Assembly: GCA_964016885.1 (NCBI GenBank) | Contig: OZ024740.1 | Coordinates: 406,286,001-406,350,000, forward strand | From: Eledone cirrhosa | Taxonomy: Eukaryota | Reading direction: 5' to 3' | DNA: 64,000 nt | Shown: one piece after another, positions 58,230-64,000 of the stretch | How the letters are laid out: each line of letters starts with the position of its first letter | Numbering within the stretch: the stretch's first letter is position 1 | Translations under genes and position numbers: made by a program | Notes under the pieces: model-generated | The model's input: the letters and a program-made list of their open reading frames with translations, nothing else | Told to the model about the DNA's origin: nothing | The model's database searches: none

Positions 58230-59826
58230 TAGAAAGATTTGAATGGATACAGTTTAGTCGAAAGGAATTTATTGACACGTGTTTCTATAACAGTTACATA
58301 ACCTAAAACAGCCGCTATCTACAAACTTTTAGTTATGCAGACATTCAATATTTCAATGTTATTATTTACTGTCATTTCATCAGAATAATATTACTGAGGA
58401 CGAGGGAGGGGTGAAGTTGTTAGTAGAATAGTTGAAGGAGTGGTTTTTCGATAGCAGTGAGAATTCTTGGTGGCAGTGAGTAATTAGATTCCCATCTGTT
58501 GTTTTGACATTTTTTATAGAATATATTATTGGTTATTTTTCTAAATCTATAGAAGGATTAGAGATAGTAAAGATATGCGTGGTTGGTTTTGTGTTTGCAC
58601 TTAATTAACATTCAGACTTAAATTTTTCTTTCAAGTGTACGTATCCTTTCACCCACGCATTCACAAACAAATATATTTGCACACCTCTACAAAATACGTA
58701 TACTCACAATTCACATATTCATACTTACATATATATACACATGCATACACATATATATACACACATGTATTCATGTACATACATACGCGCTCATGTGTAT
58801 ACATTTTCATACTCAACTTATCTTTATATACACACGTATAGACACACACATATATACATACATACTCTAGTCCATGTGTACACACATACACATACATACA
58901 CATCCATATACACATATATACATACATATATATATATAAGCACTTTAATACATGAATACACTTACATCTAACTATACACATCAAACATATATATATATTT
59001 ACTTATTTATATACATTTTCACATATATATACATACTTATGGACGTTTTTAGACACATTCATTATCGCATATTTGTACCTATTCTCATCAGCATATCTTT
59101 CCATTATTAGTGTGGTAATTTAAGGTTATTAATATATGTTGAGAAGAGATTGTTTTTATATTTTTCTAACTAGATTAAGGTTTATATAGTTGGGGGATGT
59201 CCCTCTTTTATGTAATATTCGGCTTGTAGTGGGAAAAAAGGGTTTTAGTTCTGTGACGGCAGAATAATGTTCGTTCAATTCTGTTATTCAGCAGTTTCTT
59301 CTTGTGTGTGATTATGTAATAAATCTCAAGATTACACAATTTGCAGAAATTTTGGCTCCTGGAAAAGCTTTGGGTTTTAGCTAATTTTTCCCATTTTAGG
59401 GTAAACTTTTGATCGCTATCCCTGAGCGTCCAAGCTTTTTCTGCTAAAGTTGTTACATTTCTTTGGCTCTGGTGTTTTATTGAGTAAGAATGCCTATACA
59501 AGAATGCCGTCACAGAACTAAAACCCTTTTTTTCCCACTACAAGCCGAATATTACATAAAAGAGGGACATCCCCCAACTATATAAACCTTAATCTAGTTA
59601 GAAAAATATAAAAACAATCTCTTCTCAACATATATTAATAACCTTAAATTACCACACTAATAATGGAAAGATATGCTGATGAGAATAGGTACAAATATGC
59701 GATAATGAATGTGTCTAAAAACGTCCATAAGTATGTATATATATGTGAAAATGTATATAAATAAGTAAATATATATATATGTTTGATGTGTATAGTTAGT
59801 TGTAAGTGTATTCATGTATTAAAGTG

Positions 59827-59893
<67 letters not shown>

Positions 59894-60729
59894 ATATGTG
59901 TATATGGATGTGTATGTATGTGTATGTGTGTACACATGGACTAGAGTATGTATGTATATATGTGTGTGTCTATACGTGTGTATATAAAGATAAGTTGAGT
60001 ATGAAAATGTATACACATGAGCGCGTATGTATGTACATGAATACATGTGTGTATATATATGTGTAGTACATGAATACATGTGTGTATATATAAGTGTATG
60101 CATGTGTATATATATGTAAGTATGAATATGTGAATTGTGAGTCTACGTATTTTGTAGAGGTGTGCAAATATATTTGTTTGTGAATGCGTGGGTGAAAGGA
60201 TACGTACACTTGAAAGAAAAATTTAAGTCTGAATGTTAATTAAGTGCAAACACAAAACCAACCACGCATATCTTTACTATCTCTAATCCTTCTATAGATT
60301 TAGAAAAATAACCAATAATATATTCTATAAAAAATGTCAAAACAACAGATGGGAATCTAATTACTCACTGCCACCAGGAATTCTCACTGCTATCGAAAAA
60401 CCACTCCTTCAACTATTCTTCTAACAACTTCACCCCTCCCTCCTAATATTCTCTATAAAAACTAAATAGGTCCTCAGTAATATTATTCTGATGAAATGAC
60501 AGTAAATAATAACATTGAAATATTGAATGTCTGCATAACTAAAAGTTTGTAGATAGCAGCTGTTTTAGGTTATGTAACTGTTATAGAAACACGTGTCAAT
60601 AAATTCCTTTCAACTAAACTGTATCCATTCAAATCTTTCTATTTTTCTCCGTCGAGCAAACTCTACGTGAGCTGATAATCTACTGTGTGTAATATTTATA
60701 TTACAACACAACGGAAAATACTGTATATT

Positions 60730-60730
<1 letters not shown>
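58230..60730. mobile_element. Fold-back Penelope-like element (copy 2 of 48633-51360)
   Basis: Same inversion junction (gcctatacaagaatgccgtcac); identical GIY-YIG fragment 59208-59513; hammerheads at 58269-58388 (-) and 60483-60602 (+). Confidence 0.9.

Positions 60731-64000
<3,270 letters not shown>

Overview
AT-rich, repeat-dense animal DNA, most likely cephalopod (octopus-like; inferred from recalled SINE families, not verified). I found no host protein-coding exon I can support. Bases 1-37 kb are a mosaic of transposons: several SINE families, two TTAA-flanked MITE families, a Tc2/pogo-like relic, a decayed DD37D (maT-type) Tc1/mariner, a non-autonomous Helitron, a young 5'-truncated RTE LINE with a 981-aa ORF, two Penelope-like elements (PLEs, Naiad-like) and a 3'-truncated U4 snRNA retrocopy. 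Bases 37-64 kb are a degenerate (TA)n expansion with a 200-N gap, holding nested RTE and PLE-derived fold-back insertions. The most notable signal is a set of type I hammerhead ribozymes in at least four dissimilar PLE-type elements. Three of them pair a minimal palindromic stem III with an unusually long or branched stem II (about 47-116 nt). They occur in inverted and tandem arrangements, including small non-coding elements. All long YIYI/MYIY ORFs are microsatellite artefacts.
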